Shown: positions 8,006-17,412, numbered from the stretch's first letter. The stretch: DNA of 64,000 nt from Thermoplasmata archaeon (GCA_034667725.1 JAXDQS010000003.1:64001-128000), one strand, 5' to 3'. Notes: generated by a model not told the origin, from the sequence alone. Numbers and translations: made by a program.

Positions 8006-9379
8006 CTAGGGCGCGGTCCAGGACAGCTTCCCCATCAAGGCGGGCGCGACGCCGCCGCAGTGCTGCTCGAAGCGCAGGACGACGTGCTGGAGCTTGCCGT
8101 CCGCGTCGTAGCCCGCCTCGTCCACCACCATGGCGCCCTCGAGCGTGTTGCAGCCCCGGCCGTCGCCGCCGACGTCCACGCTGCCATGGTTGCCGTAGGC
8201 GGACCGGGTCAGGCCCTCGAAGAAGCCGGGCGCCACGCGCGCGCAGGCGTCGGGGACGGTGAAGCCGGCGGTCCACCAGTGGGAGTAGCCGGTGTTGTTG
8301 AAGTGGAGCGAGACGGTGGACGGCCCGCCCGTGACCAGGAACCAGCCATCCATCGGCGTGTACGCGAACCGTTGGCTGCCGCCGATGTAGTCCCCCGGCT
8401 CGCTCTCCATCACGAAGTAGGGGCCGGACGTCGGCGTGGACTTTGGCTGCCAGGCGGGCAGCCGCGCCGGGTCGTCGCCGGCGGGGATGCTGCCGCACCG
8501 AGGCGCCAGGTCGCCCTTGGGCGAACCCATGGCGGCCGTCGGGGCCCCGAGCCCCACGCCGACCTTGTAGTGGACGCGGCACGGGACGCTGGAGACGCAT
8601 TCCATCACCAGGACATGGTCGCCGCGGGCCAGCTTGACGGACCCGGACGGGCGGATGCCGCTGGCGACGGCCTTCCCGGTGCCAGGCTCAGGTTGAGGGT
8701 CGTTGGCGTCGGCGGTCGCGTAGAACCCCGCCTCGATGGTGCCGGCGGAGGCCTCGGCCTGGTAGTCCACCGTGAGGGGCGCCCCGCGCACCTCGAAGCC
8801 CTGGAGGTACACCTCGCCGGCGGGGATGGCCACGGTGTCCTCCGCGATGACGTCGCCGGCATCGATCCGCGCGAGGATGGCGACGATCGCGGCCAGCAGG
8901 ATGATGGTGCCCGCGACGGCCCAGGCGCTGCCGACGGCGACGCCGGCGGTCCCGAGGCCCTTCTCGCGCGGGAAGGGGGCGCCGTGGCGGGCGTTGCGGC
9001 GGGCGCGCACGCCAAGCACGATGCCAGTGCCGGCCAAGGCGAGGCTGGCCACGAGGCCCAGGATGGAGAACACGGGGCTGACGGTGATGCCGAGCGCGAA
9101 GCCGAGCAGGAAGGCCGCCACGGCGCCGACGGCGACCATGAGGGCGGCCGGGCCGCGCGGATTGGCCGGCTGGACCGGGCGTCCCGTGTTGTTGCAGGCG
9201 GGGCACACCAGGCCGCCCTGCGCGCCGCGCGTGGGCACGACCTGCTGGCGGCAGCGCGGGCACGCCTGCGTCGGGCGGGACGGCTGGCCGGTGTTCTGGC
9301 ACCGCGGGCAGACCATGAGGCCCGCCGCGTCCCGGACGGGCGCGACTTGCCCGTGGCAGAACGGGCATTCGACAAGCAT
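8006..9379 (-). CDS. Membrane protein with N-terminal duplicated zinc ribbons, 3 TM helices and an external C-terminal domain
   Basis: CPFC..CPRC and CPRC..CPAC repeats; hydrophobic helices; C-terminal SEPGDYIG...FEQHC..PALMG. Confidence 0.75.
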   Translation of the reverse strand: MLVECPFCHGQVAPVRDAAGLMVCPRCQNTGQPSRPTQACPRCRQQVVPTRGAQGGLVCPACNNTGRPVQPANPRGPAALMVAVGAVAAFLLGFALGITVSPVFSILGLVASLALAGTGIVLGVRARRNARHGAPFPREKGLGTAGVAVGSAWAVAGTIILLAAIVAILARIDAGDVIAEDTVAIPAGEVYLQGFEVRGAPLTVDYQAEASAGTIEAGFYATADANDPQPEPGTGKAVASGIRPSGSVKLARGDHVLVMECVSSVPCRVHYKVGVGLGAPTAAMGSPKGDLAPRCGSIPAGDDPARLPAWQPKSTPTSGPYFVMESEPGDYIGGSQRFAYTPMDGWFLVTGGPSTVSLHFNNTGYSHWWTAGFTVPDACARVAPGFFEGLTRSAYGNHGSVDVGGDGRGCNTLEGAMVVDEAGYDADGKLQHVVLRFEQHCGGVAPALMGKLSWTAP

Positions 9380-9384
9380 GGTCC

Positions 9385-9414
9385 GCGCCCACTTGGAGCG
9401 GGGATAAGGAGGTT
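9385..9414 (-). promoter_or_regulatory. Shared 30-bp promoter motif, copy upstream of the zinc-ribbon membrane gene
   Basis: AACCTCCTTATCCCCGCTCCAAGTGGGCGC; 24/30 identical to the sucC copy. Confidence 0.65.
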
Positions 9415-9513
9415 CTCAGCGGGCTGCCGCCGGCGGGTCAACGGCGTGCCTGAACGAATGCACGAAACGCTTATTGTGCGACGTTTTTTGGAAAACCGCA
9501 TGGGGGCGGCGCG

Positions 9514-10113
9514 ATGACCGTGATCGTGGGCCTGCTTGCCGTGCTGCTCGTCGCGGCCTACATCGCCGGCATCGCCTTGATCGTTCGGTCCGTCCAGGCC
9601 ACGGGACGGCGCCAACGCGAGGCCGCCGCCCGCCAGCCTCGGGTCCCTCCTCCAAGGCCGTGGCTGGCCATGCAGGAGGCGGACGAACGGCACGCCCGCC
9701 GCTGGGGCGACCAGGGGCCCAGCGGCCTCACCCGCGCGCAATGGGAGGAAGGCCGGGCCTTGGCCACGCGGCGCGGCGAGCTGGTGCGCTCGTGGCCGGA
9801 GGTGCGCATCGCGGACTGGCTGCACGCGCATGGGCTGGACTATGCGTACGAGCCTGCGGTGTGCGGCGGCCTGCGCCCCGACTTCCTCTTGCCCGTGCCC
9901 GGCGTCATCGTCGAGTATTGGGGGATGGGGGGCGCCGAATACGATGCAAGGCGCCGGCAGAAAACGGCGACCTACCTCAGGGCCGGCTACCAGTTGGTGA
10001 GCCTGGAGCCCGGCAAGCCGGTCTCGCTGGAGGAGGACCTCCGGCGGCAGCTTTGGCACAAGGGCGTCCGGCCCGTGCCCGCGGGCGCCCGGACGGTCCA
10101 GGCCGCGGCTTAG
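9514..10113 (+). CDS. Membrane-anchored putative PD-(D/E)XK-like nuclease
   Basis: N-terminal TM helix, then TRRGELVRSWPEVRIADWL..GLDYAYEP..RPDF..IVEYWG..Y..RR.QK..Y. Confidence 0.7.
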   Translation: MTVIVGLLAVLLVAAYIAGIALIVRSVQATGRRQREAAARQPRVPPPRPWLAMQEADERHARRWGDQGPSGLTRAQWEEGRALATRRGELVRSWPEVRIADWLHAHGLDYAYEPAVCGGLRPDFLLPVPGVIVEYWGMGGAEYDARRRQKTATYLRAGYQLVSLEPGKPVSLEEDLRRQLWHKGVRPVPAGARTVQAAA

Positions 10114-11258
10114 GCCTGGGCGCGGACGACCTTGTACCCCGCCGGGTTGCGCGCCATCTCGGCCGCCTTCTGCGCGGCCTCCTGGAGGGTGTTCGCGGTC
10201 TCGAGGCCGAAGGAGTGCAAGATCTCGTTGGCCTCCTTCGCGTTGGTGCCCTTGATGCGGGTGATGATGGGGAACTCGACGCCTTCCTTCTGCAGCACGG
10301 AGACGAGGCCGCGGGCAACGGTGTCGCACTTGGTGATGCCGCCGAACAGGTTGAGGAACATGACCTTGGGCCGGGCCTTCTTCATGAGGCGGACGGCCTC
10401 CGCGACCTTCTCGGGGTTGTCGGTGCCGCTGAGGTCCAGGAACACGCCGGCCTTGCCGCCGAAGTTGGTGAGCGCGTCGAGGGTGGCCATGGTGAGCCCG
10501 GCGCCGTTGGCCATGACGCCGATGTCGCCGTCGAGCTGCACGAGGGCGACCCCCTTGTTGCGGGCGTCCTGCTCCAGCTCGGTCATGGTCTCGTCGCGCT
10601 GCTGGAACTCCTTGTGGCGGAACAAGGCGGAGTCGTTGAGGACGACCTTGGCGTCGCCGGCCACCACGCGGCCGTCGGCGAGCTTCGCCAGCGGGTTGAC
10701 CTCGACCAGCTCGGCGTCCATCTGGACGAAGACGCGGTAGAGCTTCTCCATCATCGCCGCGACCTGCTTCTGGGTGTCCGCGTCGAGGCCGCTGGGCAGC
10801 AGGACGGCGCGGGCGTGGAACGGCTGGAAGCCGGTGAGGGGGTCGATGGCGACCTTGTGGATGCGCTCCTCGGCGACGGACTCGATCTCGACGCCGCCGT
10901 CGGCGCTGAAGATCATGAGGTAGCGGCGGGTGGCGCGGTCCACCAAAAACGAGAGGTAGTATTCTGACTGGAAGTCGAGCTTCTGCGCCACCATGACCTT
11001 CTTGGTGACGTGGCCTTTGATGTCGAGGCCGAGGATCGACTTGGTGACCTGCCGCAGCTCGGCGTCGTTGTCCGCGAACTTGACGCCGCCCGCCTTGCCG
11101 CGGCCGCCCACGAGGACCTGGGCCTTGACGACGACGGGGTAGTGCGCCTGGCCGAGCTTCTGCTCGAGCTCCTCCATCGATTCGACGACGAAGCCCTTCG
11201 CGCACGGGACGCCGAAGCGCTCGTACAGTTCCCGACCCTGATGTTCGTACAGGTTCAA
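10110..11258 (-). CDS. sucC: Succinyl-CoA synthetase beta subunit
   Basis: (M)[32 protein letters not shown] and [11 protein letters not shown] start with upstream GAGGGTG. Confidence 0.95.
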   Translation of the reverse strand: MNLYEHQGRELYERFGVPCAKGFVVESMEELEQKLGQAHYPVVVKAQVLVGGRGKAGGVKFADNDAELRQVTKSILGLDIKGHVTKKVMVAQKLDFQSEYYLSFLVDRATRRYLMIFSADGGVEIESVAEERIHKVAIDPLTGFQPFHARAVLLPSGLDADTQKQVAAMMEKLYRVFVQMDAELVEVNPLAKLADGRVVAGDAKVVLNDSALFRHKEFQQRDETMTELEQDARNKGVALVQLDGDIGVMANGAGLTMATLDALTNFGGKAGVFLDLSGTDNPEKVAEAVRLMKKARPKVMFLNLFGGITKCDTVARGLVSVLQKEGVEFPIITRIKGTNAKEANEILHSFGLETANTLQEAAQKAAEMARNPAGYKVVRAQA

Positions 11259-11274
11259 CCCGGCACCCTCGGGC

Positions 11275-11304
11275 GCGGCGACTTGGAACGGTGATAAGAG
11301 GGTT
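11275..11304 (-). promoter_or_regulatory. Shared 30-bp promoter motif, copy upstream of sucC
   Basis: AACCCTCTTATCACCGTTCCAAGTCGCCGC. Confidence 0.65.
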
Positions 11305-11343
11305 GGGGGACGAGCCTCATATCCCCATGCCGCTGGCCGTCGC

Positions 11344-12336
11344 GTGCGCGCCCTCCTGGCCATCCTGCTTCTGCTGGCGCTGCCTGCCGCCGAGGGCCAC
11401 AACACCTACCAGGCGCAGGAGCTGGAGGTCCACGTCCTCAACGACGAGGGCTCGGACGCCATCGAGGCCTACGGCGGCTACGACATCACGGAGGTGTTCG
11501 TCGGCGGCGCCTACGTCCAAGGCATCGGCGACGCGCTCTACTTCCGCATCGAGGCGTACGGCCGGATGGAGGACACTAACGGTGCCATGCCGTGGTCGCT
11601 CAAGGTCCGGTTCCGAGGCGCCGGCGAGCCGGTCGAGCGCACCCTCACGACGGCGGACGGGGCCACGTTCGAGAGCGACTTCGACGCCCTCCAGTTCGAG
11701 GTCGAGGACCGCGACCTGCACGTCCAGCGCGCCGTGGTCGCCCTCGCCTCGGTCTTCCTCCAGCCCGGCGACCCCATCAAGGACCTGGTCGTCGAGTCGT
11801 ATTTCGGCGACGACCTGCGGGACGTGGCGCCGGGCGGCATCCCGGTCCCCGGCACCGGCGGCGCGCTCGAGTACCCGGACCCGACGCAGATCGACGGCCA
11901 AGGGCGCCTCGTGGAAGCCCCGCCGGCCCCGAGCCCCGAGGCCTACTTCGGCGAGGTGCGCGCCACCTTGGCCGGCGCCAACTACACGCTCGAGGTGGAC
12001 AACGCCCTCACGGCCGGCGGCCAGCATTTCTTCCTGCGCGACTGCCTGTGCGAGGCTCCCGGCTGGGAGTTCGCCATCACCAAGGGCGCCCAGGAGGTCG
12101 CCGCCAACGGCACCGCCACCTTCACGTTCCACGCCCAGGCCGGCCCCGAGGCGGCCGCGCGAGAACTGGAGTTGATCAGCGACGTCGGCGGCCGCCTGCC
12201 CATGACCCTTGACCCCGACGGCACGCTGCGGGTCCGCGACCAGTCGTTTGCGCCGCCGCCGGCCGTCCCCGCCCCGCTGCCGCTCGCCGTCGTCGCGCTC
12301 GGCCTGGCCGGCGCGCTCGCGACCCGCCGGCGGTGA
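11344..12336 (+). CDS. Secreted cell-surface protein with C-terminal TM anchor (VPXXXP-like sorting signal)
   Basis: Signal peptide MRALLAILLLLALPAAEG; C-terminus VPAPLP, hydrophobic stretch, RRR. Confidence 0.75.
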   Translation: MRALLAILLLLALPAAEGHNTYQAQELEVHVLNDEGSDAIEAYGGYDITEVFVGGAYVQGIGDALYFRIEAYGRMEDTNGAMPWSLKVRFRGAGEPVERTLTTADGATFESDFDALQFEVEDRDLHVQRAVVALASVFLQPGDPIKDLVVESYFGDDLRDVAPGGIPVPGTGGALEYPDPTQIDGQGRLVEAPPAPSPEAYFGEVRATLAGANYTLEVDNALTAGGQHFFLRDCLCEAPGWEFAITKGAQEVAANGTATFTFHAQAGPEAAARELELISDVGGRLPMTLDPDGTLRVRDQSFAPPPAVPAPLPLAVVALGLAGALATRRR

Positions 12337-12340
12337 CGCG

Positions 12341-12622
12341 ATGCGCCGCCGCCTCCGCTTGCAGTTGGGCCGCGGCGCCCGCACGGCCTGCGGCGTGCTG
12401 CAGGTCGTCCCGCTGCCCGGCGCCGGCGCCATCTACGCCGGCTGGCGCAACCCGCATACCCGCCTGCTGCGCAACGGCATGGTGCAGGCGCTCCTGGTCG
12501 TGACCGGCAGCTGGCCGCTCATCGTCCCCGGCGCCGTCGGCCTCGGCTGGGCGGTCTGGGACGCGGCCCGCATCCTGCAAGCCGACCTTGCCCCGCTGCC
12601 GCCCAAGGAGCCGGCCGCGTGA
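12341..12622 (+). CDS. Small membrane protein
   Basis: ATG 12341; PLPGAGAIYAG...GMVQALL...GWAVWDA; stop overlaps the next GTG. Confidence 0.6.
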   Translation: MRRRLRLQLGRGARTACGVLQVVPLPGAGAIYAGWRNPHTRLLRNGMVQALLVVTGSWPLIVPGAVGLGWAVWDAARILQADLAPLPPKEPAA

Positions 12623-13446
12623 GCCCGCCGCGCAAGCCGGTGGTGCTGATCACGGGCACCTCGTCCGGCATCGGCCGCGAGGCGGTCGGCCACCTGCGCG
12701 CCGCCGGCTGCCTGGTCCTTGCCACTGCCCGCGACCCGGCCACCATCGCCGGCCTGGTGGCGCCCGGCGAGGTCGAGTGCCTCCAGCTCGACGTAGCGGA
12801 CGACGCCAGCCGCCGCGCCTGCGTGGCGGAGGCGCTGCGCCGCCACGGCCGCATCGACGCCTTGGTCAACAACGCGGGCTACGGCGCGATGCTCGCGGTC
12901 GAGGACACCGACCTGGTCGCGATGCGCACGATGTACGACACCAACGTGTTCGGCCCCCACGAGATGGCCCGCCTGGTGTTGCCGCAGATGCGCCGGCACG
13001 GCTCCGGCCGCATCGTCAACGTCGCGAGCATCGCCGGCCACGTCCCGGTCCCGCTCTTGGGCGCCTATTGCAGCACCAAGTTCGCGTTGCGGGCCTTGAC
13101 GCAGGCCTTGGACTCCGAGGTGCGCGAGTTCGGAATCCGCGCTGTGCTGGTCGAGCCCGGCGTCATCCAGACCAACTTCGGCACGCACAGCCTCACGCAG
13201 ACGCGGGCCAACGTCGAGATGGAGTCGAGCGTCTACGTCCGGCTCTACCGCAAGTGGGGGGCTCGCCGCGAGCGCCGCCACGGCGCCCATCCCCGCGTCG
13301 TCGCCAAGCGCATCGTGCACGCCTGCACCGCCCGCCGGCCACGCAACCACTACTTCGCGCCGATGGACGCCAAGGCCACCAACCTCCTCAAGCGCCTCCT
13401 GCCGGACGCATGGATTCTGTGGGGGATGCGGCGCTACTTCAGGTAG
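12619..13446 (+). CDS. Short-chain dehydrogenase/reductase
   Basis: TGTSSGIG, NNAG, catalytic YCSTK, EPG. Confidence 0.93.
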   Translation: MSPPRKPVVLITGTSSGIGREAVGHLRAAGCLVLATARDPATIAGLVAPGEVECLQLDVADDASRRACVAEALRRHGRIDALVNNAGYGAMLAVEDTDLVAMRTMYDTNVFGPHEMARLVLPQMRRHGSGRIVNVASIAGHVPVPLLGAYCSTKFALRALTQALDSEVREFGIRAVLVEPGVIQTNFGTHSLTQTRANVEMESSVYVRLYRKWGARRERRHGAHPRVVAKRIVHACTARRPRNHYFAPMDAKATNLLKRLLPDAWILWGMRRYFR

Positions 13447-14431
13447 CCTCGTAGTGGATTTCCGGCTGGCGCTCAAAGAACGCAAGGTGGACCTCCAGCC
13501 GGTAGTCGATGGGCGTACTCTCGTTGCTGAAGACGTCGGCCTCGTCCCATCCCACGTTGCTGCCGGCGCCGGCGCATGACGACCCTTCCGATGTGTGGAG
13601 GCAGGGCGTCCCGGGCGTCGAGCCTGTGTTGCGCAGGTGCCACCACCCTTGGCGCGGCAGCGACAGCGGCGCGGGGAGGTGGTGGACCGGGCCGTGGCCG
13701 TCGAGCGGCACGCTGCCGTTGAACACGAAGTGCTGCTCGGCCGGCGGCCGGTCTGGGTCGACGTAGACGTAGGCGTGCGCCGACACGCTGGCGCCCTTCG
13801 AGTCGGTGGCCGTCGCCGTCACCAGGTAGGTCCCCGCCTCCGGGAACCGGAGCGCGACGGTCGCGCTGCCCGCAAGCTTGGCCCCGCACTCCTGCGGCTC
13901 GGTGTAGCTGCGGAGGCCGGGCGCCACGACGGCGTGCGCCGGGTCGTGCTGGATGAAGTAGCTCCGATCGGCGTGCTGGGGCCGCAGCGGCCCACGGCGC
14001 TCGCAGGTCCACCGGATGTCGAGCGGGTCGTGGTCGGCGTCCGCCAGGCGGAGCCACGCGTCCCAGCGCTCCGCCTGCGGCAGCACCCAGTTGAGGGTCA
14101 TCACCATGTCCGCGCGCGGCGGCGTGTTGACCCCGGTGCCGAGCACGACCTCGCGTTGCGCCGTCGCGGCCGCGTCGCCGCGGGCCACGTCGAGCCGCAC
14201 CGTCACGACGCCGTTGGTGGACGCGATCGGCAGCGACCGCTCGCGCCCCTCGTATTGGGTGCCGTCCACCGTCCAGACATACTGGTCCCAGCCGGCGGGG
14301 CCCACCAAGTGCAGCCGGCTCCCTCCGTGCGCGACCTCCGCGAGGAAATCGAGCGGCGGCTCCTCCGTGGCCGGCGGCCCGCTGCATCCCGTCAACAGGA
14401 ACGCGGCGACCCATGTTGCCCAACCACGCAC
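13439..14431 (-). CDS. PKD/Ig-like domain lipoprotein
   Basis: Lipobox LTGC; NTPPRA..DADHDPL..W and FPEAGTYLVTATATDSKG PKD-like segments. Confidence 0.65.
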   Translation of the reverse strand: MRGWATWVAAFLLTGCSGPPATEEPPLDFLAEVAHGGSRLHLVGPAGWDQYVWTVDGTQYEGRERSLPIASTNGVVTVRLDVARGDAAATAQREVVLGTGVNTPPRADMVMTLNWVLPQAERWDAWLRLADADHDPLDIRWTCERRGPLRPQHADRSYFIQHDPAHAVVAPGLRSYTEPQECGAKLAGSATVALRFPEAGTYLVTATATDSKGASVSAHAYVYVDPDRPPAEQHFVFNGSVPLDGHGPVHHLPAPLSLPRQGWWHLRNTGSTPGTPCLHTSEGSSCAGAGSNVGWDEADVFSNESTPIDYRLEVHLAFFERQPEIHYEAT

Positions 14432-14529
14432 ACCTTGGGTCCGGTCGCCAGCCCCTTGAGGCTTTGCGTCAAGTCCACGAAGCCGACGCCATCGAAACGC
14501 TCAACCCGCCCTCCCCGGGTTGCCCGTCC

Positions 14530-15876
14530 GTGTATGCCATCGTGGGCGGCGCCGGCGAGGTCGGCACCAACGTCGCCAAGGCCCTGCGCGACGAAGGCCA
14601 CGACGTGTGCGTCGTCGACCAGTCCGCGGAGCGGCTGGAACGGTTGCAGGACCTCGACGTGCTGACCGTCCAAGGCAACCTGGCGTCGAAGTCGGTGCTG
14701 GAGGGCGAGGTCCGGGTCGCCGAAGCGCAGCTGTTCGTGGCCTGCACGGGCGACGACGAGGTCAACATGGTGGCCGCGGCACTTGCGAAGACCTACGGCT
14801 GCCGCACCGTGGCCCGCCTCAACAACACCGAATACCTCAACGTCCCCGAGTCCGACGAGTACGCCAAGATGGGCATCGACGTCGCCGTCTGCCCGGAGAT
14901 GGTGGCCGCCATCCGCATCAAGCGCATGCTCAACCGGCCCCGCCTCATGGACGGCGACGTCTTCGCGCAGGGCAAGGTGTTCATCGCCGAGGGCCGGGTC
15001 GCCGAGGACGCCTTCGTGGTCGGCAAGCGCCTCGACGAGGTCGAGCCCCCGCCCGGCTTCCACCTGTTCGCGATCTACCGCGGCGACGACGTGCTGCTGC
15101 CGCGTGCCCACCTGCGCCTCATGGCCCAGGACCGCATCATGATGGCCCTCACCGGCCCCGAGGTCTTGGCGGACGTCGAGACCTACATCGGCAAGGCCCG
15201 CCGCGCCCGCCAGGAGCGCGACGTCAAGCGCGTCATGATCGCCGGCGCCACCCGCATCGGCATCCAGCTCGCCCGCCTGCTCGAGCAGTCCCGCCGCGAA
15301 GTGGTGCTCCTGGAGAAGGACGCGCAGAAGGCGGCCGAGGCCGGCGAGAAGCTCCAGAAGACCCTCGTCGTCCACGGCGACGTCACCGACCGCCGCGTCC
15401 TCATCCAGGAGAACGTCGACACCTTCGACGCCTTCGTCGGGGCCACCAAGGTCGAGGAGTACAACGTGCTGGCCGCCCTCATGGCCAAGCAGCTCGGCGT
15501 CGGCCTCACGGTCGCCCTCATCCACCAGCCGGAACTGAAAGGGTTCCTCGAAGGCCTCGACATCGACCTCGCCGTCGCCCCCCGCCTGGCCACCGTCGGC
15601 GCCATCCTCAAGCAGGTCCACGGCGGCGCCGACGAGGTCGCCCTCCAGAACGTTGGCGGCGAGCGCCTCATGGTGTTCAAGGTCCGCGAGGGCGCGCCCG
15701 CCGTCGGCCAGAAGCTCAAGCAGATGCCGTTCCCCGACAACGCCATCGTCGCGGCCGTGGTACGCGGCGAGCAGGTCATCCTGCCGCGCGGCGAGGACGC
15801 CATCGAGGCCGACGACACCGTGGTCGCCTTCTGCCTGCACGAGTCGAGCGAGGCCTTGGAGCGTCTGTTCACGTGA
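14530..15876 (+). CDS. trkA: Trk system potassium uptake regulatory subunit
   Basis: Two RCK units (VGGAGEVG; MIAGATRIG). GTG at 14530. Confidence 0.92.
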   Translation: MYAIVGGAGEVGTNVAKALRDEGHDVCVVDQSAERLERLQDLDVLTVQGNLASKSVLEGEVRVAEAQLFVACTGDDEVNMVAAALAKTYGCRTVARLNNTEYLNVPESDEYAKMGIDVAVCPEMVAAIRIKRMLNRPRLMDGDVFAQGKVFIAEGRVAEDAFVVGKRLDEVEPPPGFHLFAIYRGDDVLLPRAHLRLMAQDRIMMALTGPEVLADVETYIGKARRARQERDVKRVMIAGATRIGIQLARLLEQSRREVVLLEKDAQKAAEAGEKLQKTLVVHGDVTDRRVLIQENVDTFDAFVGATKVEEYNVLAALMAKQLGVGLTVALIHQPELKGFLEGLDIDLAVAPRLATVGAILKQVHGGADEVALQNVGGERLMVFKVREGAPAVGQKLKQMPFPDNAIVAAVVRGEQVILPRGEDAIEADDTVVAFCLHESSEALERLFT

Positions 15877-17384
15877 TGCGTGGCTTGCGGGTGGTCGGCG
15901 CCCTCGGTGGCGTGCTGCGGCTGTTCTCCGCCGCGCTGCTGCTGCCCATCCCCGTGGCGCTCGCCTACGAGCCCGTCGACTCCAGCCTGTTCGGCGTCGT
16001 CGAGGTGCCCGCCATGGCCATCGTGTTCGCCACCGCCGCCGCGCTGTGCACGCTGGCCTGGCTGCCGATGCGCCTGCTGGGCCGCCGCCGCGCCCACGAG
16101 GACCTGCTGGACCGCGAGGCCTACCTCACGGTGGCGCTCGCCGGCCTCCTGGTCGCCGCGTTCGCGATGCTGCCGTTCCTGCTGTCGCGCGCCGTGCCCC
16201 GGCCCGTCGACGCGCTGTTCGAGGCGATGAGCGGCCTCACCGGCACCGGCATCACCACCATCGCGCCCAACGTCGACCTGCCCCCGAGCCTCATCTGGTA
16301 CCGCGCCTTCACCCAATGGCTCGGCGGCCTCGGCATCATCATCCTCACCGTGGCGCTCCTGTCCAAGCTGACCCACGGCGGCCTCCAGCTGCTGCGCACC
16401 GAGGCCTCGGCGCACGCTGCCACCCGCATCCAGCCCAAGATCGCCGAGGTCGCCAAAGGGCTGTGGCGCATGTACGGCCTCATCACCGTCGTCCTGGTCG
16501 CGGTCCTCACCCTCGTCCTGCACCTGCGGGTCGGCATGACGGGCCACGACGCCGCCTTCCACGGCATGGTCGCCACCTTCGCCGCCTACGGCACCGGCGC
16601 CTTCACGGACCCGGGCTTCGCCGCCGTGCTCGCCGACGGCTGGGTGCGCGCCATCCTCGCCTTCACGATGCTGCTCGGCGCCACCAACTTCACCCTCACC
16701 TTCCTCCTGCTGCGCCGCGGCCAGGCCAAGCCGATCCTGCGCAACCCGGAATGGCGCTTCTTCCTCGTCGCCCTCGGCGTCGGCGCCGCCGCCCTCGCCT
16801 TCCTGCTGTGGCGGGCCGGCACCCCGTTCGGCGTCGCCCTCGACGGCGGCGCCTTCACGGCCGTCTCGATGGGCACGGGCACCGGCATCGCGCACCCCGC
16901 CGGCCTCGCGTTCCCGCACGCCGCCACCCTCGTCGTCATCCTGCTCGTGCTGCTCGGCGGCACCGCCGGCAGCGCCTCGGGCGGCCTCAAGGCGTTCCGC
17001 GGCTTCGTCCTCATCCGCGTCGTCAACCGCGAAATCCGCCGCATCCTGCACCCGCGCGCCGTCATCCCCGTGCGCGTCGCCGGCCGCGTCATCCCCGAGA
17101 CCGGTGTCAGCGCCGTGATCGCGTTCTTCTTCACCTACCTCATCCTGTGGACCTGCGGCGCCTTCCTGGTGGCCGCGATGGAGCCGCACCTCGACCTCAC
17201 CGCCGTCTCCGGCACCGTCCTGGCGGCCCTTGGCAACGTCGGCGCCGGCTTCGGGCCGCTCTCCGACGGCGTCTGGGACCTGCACGCCGGCAGCAAGCTG
17301 GTGCTCACCGCCCTCATGTGGTTCGGGCGCATGGAGCTGTTCGCCGCCATCCTGGTGTTCACGCCGCGGTCTTGGCGCAACTGA
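15876..17384 (+). CDS. trkH: TrkH family cation transporter membrane subunit
   Basis: FEAMSGLTGTG, QWLGGLGII, GSASGGLK, HPRAV, LGNVG and GRMELF. TGATG overlap with trkA. Confidence 0.92.
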   Translation: MRGLRVVGALGGVLRLFSAALLLPIPVALAYEPVDSSLFGVVEVPAMAIVFATAAALCTLAWLPMRLLGRRRAHEDLLDREAYLTVALAGLLVAAFAMLPFLLSRAVPRPVDALFEAMSGLTGTGITTIAPNVDLPPSLIWYRAFTQWLGGLGIIILTVALLSKLTHGGLQLLRTEASAHAATRIQPKIAEVAKGLWRMYGLITVVLVAVLTLVLHLRVGMTGHDAAFHGMVATFAAYGTGAFTDPGFAAVLADGWVRAILAFTMLLGATNFTLTFLLLRRGQAKPILRNPEWRFFLVALGVGAAALAFLLWRAGTPFGVALDGGAFTAVSMGTGTGIAHPAGLAFPHAATLVVILLVLLGGTAGSASGGLKAFRGFVLIRVVNREIRRILHPRAVIPVRVAGRVIPETGVSAVIAFFFTYLILWTCGAFLVAAMEPHLDLTAVSGTVLAALGNVGAGFGPLSDGVWDLHAGSKLVLTALMWFGRMELFAAILVFTPRSWRN

Positions 17385-17412
17385 TTTCAGCCCGCACCGC
17401 ACCGCCCGCCGC

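Noticed and set aside
6053-9517. Very long antisense or alternative-frame ORFs (e.g. 6053-9517, 24322-27552, 26703-30065, 40101-42635)
   Set aside because: Expected from stop-codon scarcity at high GC; they overlap well-supported genes and lack recognisable motifs.
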